From assembly GCA_018650645.1 (NCBI GenBank), contig JABIFP010000025.1, positions 7,976 through 71,975 on the forward strand: 64,000 nt of DNA. Direction: 5' to 3'. The notes beneath the pieces were generated by a model. It did no database searches. It was not told the DNA's origin and worked only from the letters and a program-made list of their open reading frames with translations. How positions within the stretch are numbered: the stretch's first letter is position 1; each line of letters starts with the position of its first letter. This document shows positions 47,673 through 57,899 of this stretch, one piece after another. The position numbers and the translations under genes are program-made. This stretch comes from Candidatus Magasanikiibacteriota bacterium (GTDB lineage Bacteria; Patescibacteriota; Patescibacteriia; Magasanikbacterales; UBA922).

Positions 47673-48950
47673 TTACTCAGCAGCTTCTTCTTTTGCCTCT
47701 TCTTCCTTAGGAGCCTCCTCTACCTTTGGCGCTTCTTCCGCCTTAGGTGATTCTTCTTCCTTAGGTTCTTCTTCAACTTTTGGCTCCTCTTCTTTTGGTG
47801 CCTCTTCTACCTTAGGTTCTTCTGCTTTTGGCGCTTCTTCAGTAGACTTTTCAGCCTTCTTCTTAAGTCCACCAAGGCGAAGTCCCAATCGGTGCTCTGC
47901 AGCATCAATGTTGAGAATTTCAAATGTTGTTTTTTGTCCAAGAGTGAACATATCTTCAAGTTCTTTCACGTCGCGAATTGCTCGGTTTGAAACTTCAGAA
48001 ATGTGCGCAAGCCCATGAATATCTTCATCAAGCTTTACCATCAAACCAAATGGTTCGATTTTGTGGATTTCTCCTTCCACTTCTTGTCCAATTTTGTATG
48101 TTTCTTTCACACTCTTCCATGGATCGTCTACAAGACGCTTCATTGAAAGATAGATTTTTGATTTGTTGAGATCAATAATTTGCGCTTTTACGTTGTCACC
48201 AACCTTGAGCACATCTTTTGGATGATCAATTCGTTGCCAAACAATCTCTGAGATATGGATAAGTCCTTCAAGACCTTGTCCAAATTTCATGAACGCACCA
48301 AAACTGGTAAGCGCACTGATTTGTCCTTCAACAATATCTCCAATAGAGTATGAGTCAAGTACCGCTTTTTGATCGTCTTCCCAAACAGCCTTTTCTGACA
48401 CAATCAATTTTTCATCTTGTTCGTTGAGGTCAAGAACTTTTACATCCATTCCCATTCCAACAAAACTGCGGAGGTGTTCTAAAATACGATTTTTGTCACC
48501 ACCTTGTACACGAGGGTAATGTTCTGGAGCAAGTTGACTTACTGGCATAAATCCTACCAATGCGTCTACCTTGATCATCAAACCACCCTTGTTGGCAGCA
48601 ATAACTTTTCCTTTCACAACAAGTTCATCATCACAATACTTTTGCATTGTTTTCCAAACGCGTTGTTGTCCAGCAATACGGAATGATAATTCCATTTCAC
48701 CAGTTTCGTTTTCTTGTTCAACTACTGTTGCTTCAACAGCGTCTCCAACGTTAATGTCAGAATATTCACTTGATTCTGAAAACAGTTCATATCCACGGAC
48801 AAGTCCAGTGATAAGTCCATTTACATCAAGTCGAACGGCTCCGTTATCAATAGAGATAACTGTTCCGCTTACCAACTCTCCAACCTTTGGAAGTTGTGCA
48901 AAATAATCTTCTAACAGCGTTGCAAAGTCGCTTTGTGTTGTATTTGCCAT
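47673..48950 (-). CDS. rpsA: 30S ribosomal protein S1 (four S1 domains) with a C-terminal (E/A/P/K) repeat tail
   Basis: Four S1 repeats (e.g. GQEVEGEIHKIEPFGLMVKL). The tail is EEAPKAEEPKVEEAPKEEEPKVEEEPKEEESPKAEEAPKVEEAPKEEEAKEEAAE. Confidence 0.9.
   Translation of the reverse strand: MANTTQSDFATLLEDYFAQLPKVGELVSGTVISIDNGAVRLDVNGLITGLVRGYELFSESSEYSDINVGDAVEATVVEQENETGEMELSFRIAGQQRVWKTMQKYCDDELVVKGKVIAANKGGLMIKVDALVGFMPVSQLAPEHYPRVQGGDKNRILEHLRSFVGMGMDVKVLDLNEQDEKLIVSEKAVWEDDQKAVLDSYSIGDIVEGQISALTSFGAFMKFGQGLEGLIHISEIVWQRIDHPKDVLKVGDNVKAQIIDLNKSKIYLSMKRLVDDPWKSVKETYKIGQEVEGEIHKIEPFGLMVKLDEDIHGLAHISEVSNRAIRDVKELEDMFTLGQKTTFEILNIDAAEHRLGLRLGGLKKKAEKSTEEAPKAEEPKVEEAPKEEEPKVEEEPKEEESPKAEEAPKVEEAPKEEEAKEEAAE
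47690..47860 (-). repeat. in-frame nucleotide tandem repeats (~15-27 nt units) encoding the EAPK/EEPKV tail of S1
   Basis: Recurring cttcttc..ttagg..cttcttc..cctttgg units on the plus strand. Confidence 0.5.
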
Positions 48951-49215
48951 AAGCAATTACGATTTAACCCAGTTTTTTAGCTGAGCCTGGCCAAAAAGCC
49001 AGTTATTTAACGTGGGCGCATTATATCAGCAGCTTCTGAAAAAAGCAAGCCCCCCGCTGGGGATTGCCGGACCCTCCATTTTTAGCTTGAAATAGCACTA
49101 AATGAGGGTGATTTGCCCTCTATAAATCCCTTGCGCACCCCATCGTAATACGCTATAATAGCTTGGCAACGAATGCATTTCAGATGCACCGTATTAATCT
49201 TGTTATAACGCGAAT

Positions 49216-49830
49216 ATGCATATCTCATGGCTCGGAAACACGGCTGTAAAGATTCAAGAAAAGATTGGAGGAAAGGACGTCACCCTAGTCATCGATCCGT
49301 ATAAACCAGAGGTTGGGACCTTTCCACGGAGTTTAACAGCAGATATTGCTCTCTATACCCGCGGATCTAAAGGATCTGTCACTATCTCAGGGAACCCATT
49401 TACCCTAGACCACGCCGGAGAATGTGAGACACACGGCATCCTTATCACCGCTCCTCCTGCAGAAGCAAAGGGAGAGGCGCTTCTACGTATAGATGTAGAC
49501 CGTCTTTCGGTTGGGCATCTTGGAATGAGTAACACGCCGCTTACAGACCAGCAAATCGATATGCTTGGTAATATTGATATTCTGCTAGTACCAACGGGAG
49601 GCACCGATTGCTACGCGCCTGATCAGGCAAAGAAAGCAATACAACTCATTGAGCCTTCGATTGTTATCCCAATGGCCTATAAATGCGACACAGATCCAAA
49701 AGCAATGCCGGTTGAAGACTTCCTAAAAGTCATTGGTACGGTCCCAGAACAACACGAAAAGAAAGTTATCATCAAGAAAAAGGATATAAATGCTGAAGAA
49801 ATGAAAGTGTTTGTCCTCTCAAAAGAGTAA
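49216..49830 (+). CDS. MBL-fold metal-dependent hydrolase (UPF0173-like)
   Basis: MHISWLGNTAVKIQ...VIDPY with downstream His/Asp clusters, typical of the small beta-lactamase-fold hydrolases. Confidence 0.65.
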   Translation: MHISWLGNTAVKIQEKIGGKDVTLVIDPYKPEVGTFPRSLTADIALYTRGSKGSVTISGNPFTLDHAGECETHGILITAPPAEAKGEALLRIDVDRLSVGHLGMSNTPLTDQQIDMLGNIDILLVPTGGTDCYAPDQAKKAIQLIEPSIVIPMAYKCDTDPKAMPVEDFLKVIGTVPEQHEKKVIIKKKDINAEEMKVFVLSKE

Positions 49831-49839
49831 TCACCCCCT

Positions 49840-50331
49840 ATGGCAAAAAAGCGCCTTTCAAAACAAGACAAAGAGCATATTCGAGCTGCGGCTGCGAATA
49901 TTCCTGACCTTCTTGCAAAAGAAACGCGCGCACACACGCACAAAAAAGTGCCATATCACTCTGCACACTACCAAAAAAGAAAAAAACTTATGCTGTTTGC
50001 TGTACTTATTCTCAGTATTGGCCTTCTCGGTATTTGGGGATTAAGCATGCAATCAAAGTTTTACGATTATAAAACGGCAGACAAAACAGAAAAGGCAATG
50101 TTTGATGAAGCACGCAAAGATATTGGAGAAATTTTTGCAACGCTCCAAGAACAAGATGCTGCAAAAGAGGCAGCCGCAGCGGCGGCGAGTAGTTCTGTGC
50201 AAGCAGTCGTTACATCAACACCAGCAACCTCCACTAAAAATATTTCATCGTTTTTTTCTGATGTTGCAGCGGCTATTACATCAACAACCGCAACAAGCAC
50301 AAAAAAAACAAGTACAACCACCGTTGAGTAA
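49840..50331 (+). CDS. hypothetical membrane protein with a Thr/Ser/Ala-rich tail
   Basis: A single TM (LMLFAVLILSIGLLGIWGL) and an internal repeat VVTSTPATSTK / ITSTTATSTKK. It lies immediately upstream of gyrA. Confidence 0.45.
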   Translation: MAKKRLSKQDKEHIRAAAANIPDLLAKETRAHTHKKVPYHSAHYQKRKKLMLFAVLILSIGLLGIWGLSMQSKFYDYKTADKTEKAMFDEARKDIGEIFATLQEQDAAKEAAAAAASSSVQAVVTSTPATSTKNISSFFSDVAAAITSTTATSTKKTSTTTVE

Positions 50332-50411
50332 TAATGTAGCGGCCATTCGCGTGGCTGTCCATTACTTCTGAACAAGAAGCATAGAATTATTTGTCAGTAT
50401 TTATTGAACGT

Positions 50412-52889
50412 ATGCCAACAAGCACCAAGCAAGGAAAGCTGATTGAAAATCCAGGAGATAAAAATCTTATACCAATTCAGTTGGTTGATGAAATGAAAGC
50501 GTCGTATCTTGATTATGCCATGAGTGTTATCGTTGCTCGTGCTCTTCCCGATGTTCGCGACGGACTCAAGCCCGTACATAGAAGAATTTTGTACGCGATG
50601 TGGAAAATTGGACTAAAGCACAACGCAAAGTTTAGAAAATCAGCCCACGTGGTTGGTGAAGTGATGGCAAAATACCATCCGCACGGAGACAGCGCAATTT
50701 ACGACTCTATGGTACGTATGGCGCAAGACTTCGCCATGAGAAATCCACTTGTAAAAGGACAAGGAAACTTCGGTTCCATGGATGGAGACAATGCCGCTGC
50801 GATGCGTTATACGGAAGCGAAACTGCAAGCGATTACAGAAGAATTACTCTCTGATATTGAAAAAAATACCGTTGATTTTGTAGCCAACTACGACGGGTCT
50901 TCTCATGAGCCGCGTGTACTACCAAGTAAACTCCCTAACCTTCTCTTAAACGGAAGTATGGGTATTGCGGTTGGTATGGCAACAAACATTCCACCACATA
51001 ATCTTGGAGAACTGTGTGATGGGATTATTCATCTTATTGAAAATCCAAAAGCAGAGACTGAGGACTTAATGGAATTCATTAAAGGACCTGACTTCCCTAC
51101 CGGAGGGCTTGTTTACAACAAACAAGACATTGCTACAGCATTTGCAACAGGACGCGGTGGAATGGTGATGCGTGGAAAAGCAACTATTGAAGAAGTGAAC
51201 AATAAATATCGTATTGTTATTACGGAAGTTCCGTATCAAGTAAACAAAGCAACGTTTATTGAAAAAATTGCTCGACTTGTACAAGAAAAAAAGATTGTTG
51301 GTATCCGCGATTTACGTGATGAGTCTAATAAAGATGGTGTACGCGTAGTTGCAGAACTAAAAAAAGATGCGTACCCACAAAAGGTACTCAACAAATTGTA
51401 CAAACTTACGGATTTACAAAAAACGTTCCATGTAAATTTGATTGCGCTTATTGATGGTATTCAACCACGACTTCTAAATCTAAAAATTGTTTTAGAAGAG
51501 CACGTCAAACACAGAAAAGAAGTTATTCGCAGAAGAACACAATTCGATTTAGATAAAGCTGCAGAGCGCGCGCACATTTTGGAAGGATTAAAGATGGCGC
51601 TTGATAAAATCGATTTAGTTATTGCAACAATTAGAAAATCAAAAGATAAAGAAGAAGCAAAAGCGAACTTGATGAAACAATTCAAGTTCACAGAAAGACA
51701 AACCGTGGCAATTTTAGAAATGAAGTTGCAACAACTTGCGAATTTGGAAAGAAAGAAAATTGAAAACGAACTTGCAGCACTGGTTACGCTCATTAAAGAG
51801 TTAAAAGCGATTCTTGCAAGTGACAAAAAGATTCTAGAAATTATTAAAACAGAAATTGCAGAAACAAAAGCAAAGTATGCTGAACCGCGAAGAACAAAAG
51901 TGATTGCCCGCGGTGTAAAAGATTTCTCTTTGGAAGATTTGATTCCAAACGAGCCAACAATTATCATGGCAACAAAGGGTGGATATATTAAACGACTCCC
52001 AATCGATACATTCAAAGCCCAAGCACGCGGAGGAAAGGGTGTTATTGGACTCACCACCAAACAAGAAGATGTGGTAGAGCATTTGCGTTCTACAAATACA
52101 CATGACAACATGCTCTTCTTCACAAATCGTGGACGAGTATTCCAATTACGCGCGTATGACATTCCAGAAGCAAGTCGCACCAGTAAAGGACAGGCGCTTG
52201 TGAACTTCTTGCAACTCGCGCCAAATGAACAAGTAAATGCCATTCTTTCTATGGCTGATATGGGCAAATATGAATACTTGGTCATGGTTACCAATAAAGG
52301 AACCATTAAAAAGACCAAGATTGAAGACTTTAAGAACGTTCGTCGTTCAGGACTCATTGCCCTTAAACTGAAGAGTGATGACAACTTGCAATGGGTGCGC
52401 CCATCAACAGGAAAGGACCACATTATGTTGGTTACTTCCCTTGGGCAAGCTATCCGCTTTAAAGAAGAAGGTGTGCGAGCAATGGGTAGAACAGCAGCAG
52501 GTGTTCGTGGAATAAAACTCAAGAGTAGCGACGAAATTGTTGGTATGGGTATTGTTCAACCAAAACTGCTTAAGCAAAAAGTATTAGAACTCCTCGTCAT
52601 TTCTGAAAAAGGACTTGGAAAACGAACTGATGTAATTGAATACAAAGTGCAAGGAAGAGGTGGAAGTGGTATTAAAACCATGAACATCACTGATAAAACT
52701 GGAAAAATTATCAATGCACGAATTGTGAACAATTCAGAAGAGCGTGATGTACTACTGATCTCAAAAAATGGGCAGGTAGTGCGCACATCTATCAAGTCTG
52801 TTTCAAGACTTGGCCGAGCAACGCAAGGTGTTCGCGTTATGCGGTTCAAAAAAGATAATGATTCTGTTGTAAGTATTGCAATCATGTAA
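50412..52889 (+). CDS. gyrA: DNA gyrase subunit A
   Basis: An active-site Tyr region, a QRRGGKG-like GyrA box ([10 protein letters not shown]) and C-terminal beta-pinwheel repeats. ATG at 50412 (the track lists a TTG at 50391). Confidence 0.95.
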   Translation: MPTSTKQGKLIENPGDKNLIPIQLVDEMKASYLDYAMSVIVARALPDVRDGLKPVHRRILYAMWKIGLKHNAKFRKSAHVVGEVMAKYHPHGDSAIYDSMVRMAQDFAMRNPLVKGQGNFGSMDGDNAAAMRYTEAKLQAITEELLSDIEKNTVDFVANYDGSSHEPRVLPSKLPNLLLNGSMGIAVGMATNIPPHNLGELCDGIIHLIENPKAETEDLMEFIKGPDFPTGGLVYNKQDIATAFATGRGGMVMRGKATIEEVNNKYRIVITEVPYQVNKATFIEKIARLVQEKKIVGIRDLRDESNKDGVRVVAELKKDAYPQKVLNKLYKLTDLQKTFHVNLIALIDGIQPRLLNLKIVLEEHVKHRKEVIRRRTQFDLDKAAERAHILEGLKMALDKIDLVIATIRKSKDKEEAKANLMKQFKFTERQTVAILEMKLQQLANLERKKIENELAALVTLIKELKAILASDKKILEIIKTEIAETKAKYAEPRRTKVIARGVKDFSLEDLIPNEPTIIMATKGGYIKRLPIDTFKAQARGGKGVIGLTTKQEDVVEHLRSTNTHDNMLFFTNRGRVFQLRAYDIPEASRTSKGQALVNFLQLAPNEQVNAILSMADMGKYEYLVMVTNKGTIKKTKIEDFKNVRRSGLIALKLKSDDNLQWVRPSTGKDHIMLVTSLGQAIRFKEEGVRAMGRTAAGVRGIKLKSSDEIVGMGIVQPKLLKQKVLELLVISEKGLGKRTDVIEYKVQGRGGSGIKTMNITDKTGKIINARIVNNSEERDVLLISKNGQVVRTSIKSVSRLGRATQGVRVMRFKKDNDSVVSIAIM

Positions 52890-52911
52890 TGCGAGCAACA
52901 ATAGACAAACA

Positions 52912-52938
52912 AAAAAAGCGCGTTATGCGCTTTTTTTG
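52912..52938. terminator. bidirectional rho-independent terminator
   Basis: aaaaaaagcgcg ttat gcgctttttttg. Confidence 0.75.
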
Positions 52939-52950
52939 TTTGGTATGGGT

Positions 52951-54198
52951 TTATGCTCCTTTTTCAATTATATCTGCAACTTTATGCACATGCGGAATCA
53001 CATCATCCTTTGCATACTTACTTCCTCCGGCTAAATTATCTGCATACGCGCGAAGCCCCGTAACAACCTCTTCCTTTTGCACTGCTGGCAGTGTCCAAAG
53101 TGTCTCATAATCTGCCGTAAGCTCTCCCATCTGGCGATAGAGTTCCGCGTCATCAGAGTCTACGTTCCGAGTAAACGCACCTCGCTCTACCCACCTATCC
53201 ATTGCCTGTTCTTGCTGTTCTGAAAGTTCTTGAGGTGCTTCACGTGCAGATTCTTTATCAGCAACACGTTCTGTTATTTTTGCAGGTTTTGTTTCTCTTG
53301 GTATTTCAGATACTTTTTTTGATTGCTCTACAAGAGCCGGTGATTCGCTGCGAATATCTTCTGTCAAACGATTTGCTTTGTCCACTAAGTCTAGCGGATC
53401 ATAGGAACCAGAATCCACATAATTATTAATTCCCTGAGCTCTTCTCACAACATCTTCCGAATACCCCTTTGCTTGCAGTTGTTCCGCAAGCTCTTGCCAA
53501 TATGTAGCATCTTCTAGCCTACCACTCTCTGCAGGTAATACCACCTCTATAGATGCGTGCACTAATTTCAACTCCAGTTTTGCCCCTTTTTCCGCCCCAA
53601 TGGCAGGATTTACCTCCTGCGCCGCAGCATGACGCTCACGTGATTCACGCTTTTTCTCTGCTCGCTCCATTGCTGCAGCATCACCAATTGCCTCAACATC
53701 CCTATCAAGCGCCAATTCTCTTGCATCCATCGTTGTTTCATACCGACTCTTTCCAATTCCTTCTACCCCTCTGTCCGCTTGCAGCCGGGCAACTTCCGTT
53801 TTGAACTGTGCAAGTGCGTCAGTATACGCTTCAATATGCTGATGACTATCATTTTCAGCAGGACGATCAACTCCCCTCGCTAACAACTCCTGCCGAACAC
53901 CTTTTGCTACGTCAGCCGCAGTCATTTTTCCTTTCAGCGCTGCTGCGACGGCTTCCGCATGTTCTTTGGCTGCGCTCATTTCCGGAAAATCCAAAGTCTG
54001 AGCAATTTCTTCCCACCCTTGAAGCAATTGTGCATCAGAGCCTCCTTCACTCGTTGGCAATTTTGCCTCCATCACACGTCCAATAAGCATTTTTCCATCT
54101 AAAAACTGTTCTTTTGCAGCACTCGCAATATCTTGCTCTGAACGTTCCGGAACACTCTGCAATTCAAATGATTCTGATTGTGTAGGTTCCATAACCAT
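52951..54198 (-). CDS. hypothetical acidic soluble protein (415 aa), co-directional with and abutting ruvA
   Basis: No recognisable domain. Native-like composition with no SD. Its start lies 1 nt after the ruvA stop. Confidence 0.5.
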   Translation of the reverse strand: MVMEPTQSESFELQSVPERSEQDIASAAKEQFLDGKMLIGRVMEAKLPTSEGGSDAQLLQGWEEIAQTLDFPEMSAAKEHAEAVAAALKGKMTAADVAKGVRQELLARGVDRPAENDSHQHIEAYTDALAQFKTEVARLQADRGVEGIGKSRYETTMDARELALDRDVEAIGDAAAMERAEKKRESRERHAAAQEVNPAIGAEKGAKLELKLVHASIEVVLPAESGRLEDATYWQELAEQLQAKGYSEDVVRRAQGINNYVDSGSYDPLDLVDKANRLTEDIRSESPALVEQSKKVSEIPRETKPAKITERVADKESAREAPQELSEQQEQAMDRWVERGAFTRNVDSDDAELYRQMGELTADYETLWTLPAVQKEEVVTGLRAYADNLAGGSKYAKDDVIPHVHKVADIIEKGA

Positions 54199-54199
54199 A

Positions 54200-54778
54200 T
54201 TATTTGGAAGATAAAAATTGAAGTGATTGTTTTAATACATCTTCTACTGAGGCTCCTTCAACATATGCGTGCTGCACTGCGGCAAATGCATCCTGCTCAG
54301 AATATCCCATACTCACAAGTGCACCAACAACATCGCCAGAAACACCTGTTTGCTGCATTTGCGCTGACGCTTGCACACTTCCAACCTTACTTTTTAATTC
54401 TACCACCAATCGATCTGCAGTTTTTTTTCCTAAACCTGGCACGCTTCGCAAATATGCAGCATCTCCGCGCCCAATGGCTTCTTGAATCTGATCTAAACTT
54501 CCAAGCCCTAAAATATTTAAAGCTCCTTTGGGTCCAACTCCTTTTACCGTAAGCAGTAGCTCAAAAAAAGCTCTGTCGCTACTTTCAGTAAACCCATACA
54601 AATCTAACGCTGAATCGCTTACCTTTAAATACGTCATCAGTGTAACCGTAGTCCCTTCTGGCAATGCCGTAAGATCTTTTACGCTTACTCGCACATCATA
54701 CCCAACACCACCGCTTGTCATTAACACAATCGATCCGGCAGTTCTATGTGCAACGGTTCCTTTTAATAATGCAATCAT
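54200..54778 (-). CDS. ruvA: Holliday junction DNA helicase subunit RuvA
   Basis: MIALLKGTV...GVGYDV, then HhH motifs (LLTVKGVGPKGAL; LRSVPGLGKKTADR) and a C-terminal domain III. Confidence 0.9.
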   Translation of the reverse strand: MIALLKGTVAHRTAGSIVLMTSGGVGYDVRVSVKDLTALPEGTTVTLMTYLKVSDSALDLYGFTESSDRAFFELLLTVKGVGPKGALNILGLGSLDQIQEAIGRGDAAYLRSVPGLGKKTADRLVVELKSKVGSVQASAQMQQTGVSGDVVGALVSMGYSEQDAFAAVQHAYVEGASVEDVLKQSLQFLSSK

Positions 54779-54781
54779 AAC

Positions 54782-56269
54782 CTATCGGAGTAAATCAACA
54801 AATGTTTGAATACCAAATCCGTTGGCTCCACTTTTAATGTAGCTTTTTGCCTTGCCATAATACGAGCAAGACAAATCAATATGTGCCCATGGGTACGCCG
54901 GTTCATCTTCTTTATCTTTTGTAAAAAATTCTAAAAATGCAGCAGCCGTACTTGCGCCACCATATCTTGATCCATTTACTCCACCAATATTTTTTATATC
55001 AGCGATATCACTTTTCATAGCTTCACTATACTCTTCTCCCACGGGTAGTCGCCATAAACGCTCTCCACTTTTTTCAGTGGCCGATACAATCGTGTTTACA
55101 AGTGAATCTACCGGAGAAAAGAGTCCGGATCGTTCTTCCCCAAGAGCAACAAGACAAGCACCTGTCAGTGTGGCAAAGTCAATTACCTGTTTTGGAGATA
55201 ATGATTGTGCATACACAAGTGCATCAGCCAAAATGAGTCGTCCTTCCGCATCAGTATTCTTAATAAGTACTGTTTTTCCATTGCTTGCCGTTAAAATATC
55301 ATCGGGTCTATATGATTGACCACTTGGCATGTTTTCACACGTCGGGATAAGTCCCACAACATGCACAGGTGCATCAAGCGCTGCAAGCGCCTGAACAATA
55401 CCAATGACCGTTGCGCCACCCAGCATGTCGAATTTCATGTCACACATGTAATCCCCTGTTTTAATAGAAAGACCACCTGAGTCAAACGTAATACCTTTTC
55501 CAACAAGTACTGTTGGCGCACCTTCAGCCCCTTTATACTCCATAACAATAAAGCGCGGATCCTGCTCAGATCCTTGTGCCACTCCCAAAAAGCATCCCAT
55601 TTTTTCTGACTCGATTTTTTCTCTCTCCCACACAGCCACTGTCAGCTTATCACTTACTGAAGCCACAGCCTGTGCCTCTTCTGCGAGTAATTTGGGTGTC
55701 ATAATGCTCGGTGGCGTATTACCTAAACGTCGAGCGTTGTTTATTGCCTGCGCAATCAGACTTCCCGCTTGTGCACCCTGCTGCACCTCTTCATTTTTGT
55801 TTGTCACGAGCGTGATCATGTGCATAGGCGTAACTTTTGCTTTTTCTTCTTTATGCTCCTCAAAAGTATATACCGCCATTTCTGCCGCAATCACTGTCTC
55901 CTGTGCGATTCTATCAGCTCCCCACTTTGTAATAAGCGGCTCTAACATATGCACGCTGGGTGAATTGACTTTTTTCTTTTGCGCAACCATAACTCCCGCA
56001 CCAATTGCATGCTTGTACTGCCGAATAGTTACGGTTTTTTCTTTTCCAAGCCCAACTAATACCACACGCTGTAGACGTTCACTCCCAGTTACAAGCATAA
56101 GCACCTCCCCGGCTTTTCCTTCAAAATCTTTTAGCTCTTTTGCCTTTGTAATAAGGCCTTGCACCTCTTCATCAATTTTTTTCACTGAGTCAGATAGTTC
56201 TCCATCTTTAAATAACGGAATAATGTGACAAGCGGAAACGTCAATCTGCTGCTTTATTGTGATCTTCAT
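54782..56269 (-). CDS. pepA: leucyl aminopeptidase (M17 family)
   Basis: NTDAEGRL signature and the metal-binding residues. Probable start MMKITIK (56269-56272), inside a longer track ORF. Confidence 0.9.
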   Translation of the reverse strand: MKITIKQQIDVSACHIIPLFKDGELSDSVKKIDEEVQGLITKAKELKDFEGKAGEVLMLVTGSERLQRVVLVGLGKEKTVTIRQYKHAIGAGVMVAQKKKVNSPSVHMLEPLITKWGADRIAQETVIAAEMAVYTFEEHKEEKAKVTPMHMITLVTNKNEEVQQGAQAGSLIAQAINNARRLGNTPPSIMTPKLLAEEAQAVASVSDKLTVAVWEREKIESEKMGCFLGVAQGSEQDPRFIVMEYKGAEGAPTVLVGKGITFDSGGLSIKTGDYMCDMKFDMLGGATVIGIVQALAALDAPVHVVGLIPTCENMPSGQSYRPDDILTASNGKTVLIKNTDAEGRLILADALVYAQSLSPKQVIDFATLTGACLVALGEERSGLFSPVDSLVNTIVSATEKSGERLWRLPVGEEYSEAMKSDIADIKNIGGVNGSRYGGASTAAAFLEFFTKDKEDEPAYPWAHIDLSCSYYGKAKSYIKSGANGFGIQTFVDLLR

Positions 56270-56366
56270 CATATACATATCATTACAAACAATATATCCA
56301 TTGTACTCAATCGCTGCGGCCTGGTCAATTTGCTGCTTTTTTATAGCTTTGATACAATGCGGACGT

Positions 56367-56909
56367 ATGAAAATTGCAATCATAGGAACACATTCTACAG
56401 GAAAAACCACGCTGTGTAAGCTGCTCCATGCAAAACTCACACTGCAACAAAAGGAAGCCTATTTAATGCCCGAATATGTCCGCATGTGCCCGTTTCCTAT
56501 TAACGAAGGAACCACGTTAGAGGCGCAGCAGTGGATTTTAAATCAGCAAATGATGCAAGAAGGCATGTATCATACGAATGATGATAAGATTATCATCTGC
56601 GACAGGGCGACTATAGATAATTTTGCCTACATGCATACGGCCTTTGCGGATTCAGAGCACGACATTGCTCCGCATGAAGCTGACGCCGTACGATTTATGC
56701 AGACGTACGACTACGTTTTTAAAACACATCGATTACCTATTGCGGCAAAGGCGGACGGCATACGCACAACAAATGAAGCGTTCCGCGAAACAATCGATAC
56801 TAATTTACAGAAGCTTTTACAAAAACATTCTATTGCTACTGTCCCCCTGCAAAAGACCATTGACTACGATATACACCTCAAAGACATCCTCGCTCTCATA
56901 AGCGCTTAA
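56367..56909 (+). CDS. P-loop NTPase, AAA_28-like (putative nucleoside/nucleotide kinase)
   Basis: MKIAIIGTHSTGKTTLCKLL Walker A; ~180 aa. Confidence 0.55.
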   Translation: MKIAIIGTHSTGKTTLCKLLHAKLTLQQKEAYLMPEYVRMCPFPINEGTTLEAQQWILNQQMMQEGMYHTNDDKIIICDRATIDNFAYMHTAFADSEHDIAPHEADAVRFMQTYDYVFKTHRLPIAAKADGIRTTNEAFRETIDTNLQKLLQKHSIATVPLQKTIDYDIHLKDILALISA

Positions 56910-56912
56910 AAA

Positions 56913-56937
56913 TACGGAAACGTATTTTTTTGTTTGG
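56913..56937 (+). terminator. rho-independent terminator
   Basis: aaaatacg gaaa cgtattttttt. Confidence 0.55.
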
Positions 56938-56996
56938 CGTATTGACGAGAGGCCCTATGTGTGGTTGTATGACCAGGAATCAAAAGGGGTACATTC

Positions 56997-57839
56997 ATGA
57001 AAATACGATTTGATGCAGGAGTCAGCCGAATTGTTGGCTGGAAGGTTGATCCGAGAGGGGAGAAAATTCCCCAATCTCAGCAAGACAGCTTCATTGTCAG
57101 CGAGAAGCTCGGTCTGTTCGTTGTCTTTGACGGCGTGGGTGGGCATGCAGGCGGAGAAGTTGCCAGCGCCATGGCGGCGACGCTTTTGGAAGAGAGCTTC
57201 ACGCTGCTGATACAAGTACTTGAGGTGGAAGCAGCACAGCGCGAACCCTACCGAATCCAATCGGAGATAGAAGCTGCGCTCAGGCGGGCCAGTAGAGCAA
57301 TCTACCACGCCGGCCGCAGAGATCCTGCGCTTGATTACATGGCCACCACAGTCAGCGGCGTCTTCTTCTACGAAGGAACCGCCTACTACTTCAACGTCGG
57401 CGACAGCCGCTGCTACAGGGAGCAAAACGGCGAGTTTGAGCAGATGACGCGGGATCACTCCTATGTGGCTGACCAGCTCTATGAGGGACTCATCACCGCA
57501 GAAGAGGCGCGAAACCACCCAGATCGAGGTGGGATGCACGCGGCACTTGGATTCCGCGACATTTCCGATTATGTCGATGTCCGCTACACACCCTCGCAGC
57601 CCGGCGACGGCTGGATCATCTGCACGGACGGCCTGGTGGACTACGCCGACCCGGACCGATGGGAAGTTGTAGCGTCTTCCCAACTACGCCGTGGCATCTG
57701 CACCGACGAGATCGCTACGACGCTGACCAACCTGACCACCGCAGAAGCCGGTATTCCACTGGGGTCTTTCCCCGGCGAGTACTACGACTACAACAGGTGC
57801 GACAACACCACGGTGATTGCACTGCGCATTTGCCGATGA
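56997..57839 (+). CDS. PP2C-family (PPM) serine/threonine protein phosphatase, GC-rich island
   Basis: VVFDGVGGHAGGEVAS, NVGDSR, TDGL and DNTTV motifs. ~62% GC. RBS aaaaggggtacattcATG. Confidence 0.8.
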   Translation: MKIRFDAGVSRIVGWKVDPRGEKIPQSQQDSFIVSEKLGLFVVFDGVGGHAGGEVASAMAATLLEESFTLLIQVLEVEAAQREPYRIQSEIEAALRRASRAIYHAGRRDPALDYMATTVSGVFFYEGTAYYFNVGDSRCYREQNGEFEQMTRDHSYVADQLYEGLITAEEARNHPDRGGMHAALGFRDISDYVDVRYTPSQPGDGWIICTDGLVDYADPDRWEVVASSQLRRGICTDEIATTLTNLTTAEAGIPLGSFPGEYYDYNRCDNTTVIALRICR

Positions 57840-57865
57840 ACAACCGAGGAGACGACAAAAAAACG

Positions 57866-57897
57866 ACCGGGGCTAGGGGCCCGGTCGTATTTTTTTT
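57866..57897. terminator. GC-rich rho-independent terminator after the PP2C gene; also downstream of valS
   Basis: acgaccgggg ctagggg cccggtcgt then attttttttg. Confidence 0.7.
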
Positions 57898-57899
57898 GC

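Noticed and set aside
51461-52522. 353-aa minus ORF inside gyrA
   Set aside because: Antisense to conserved gyrA. The product is Ser/Phe/Cys-rich with no motifs. Long shadow ORFs are expected in AT-rich coding DNA read antisense.
55692-56228. 178-aa plus ORF inside pepA
   Set aside because: Antisense to the M17 aminopeptidase, which has the NTDAEGRL signature on the minus strand.
56955-57683. 242-aa minus ORF opposite the PP2C gene
   Set aside because: The plus-strand product has full PP2C motifs and an RBS. The minus ORF is a GC-rich shadow.
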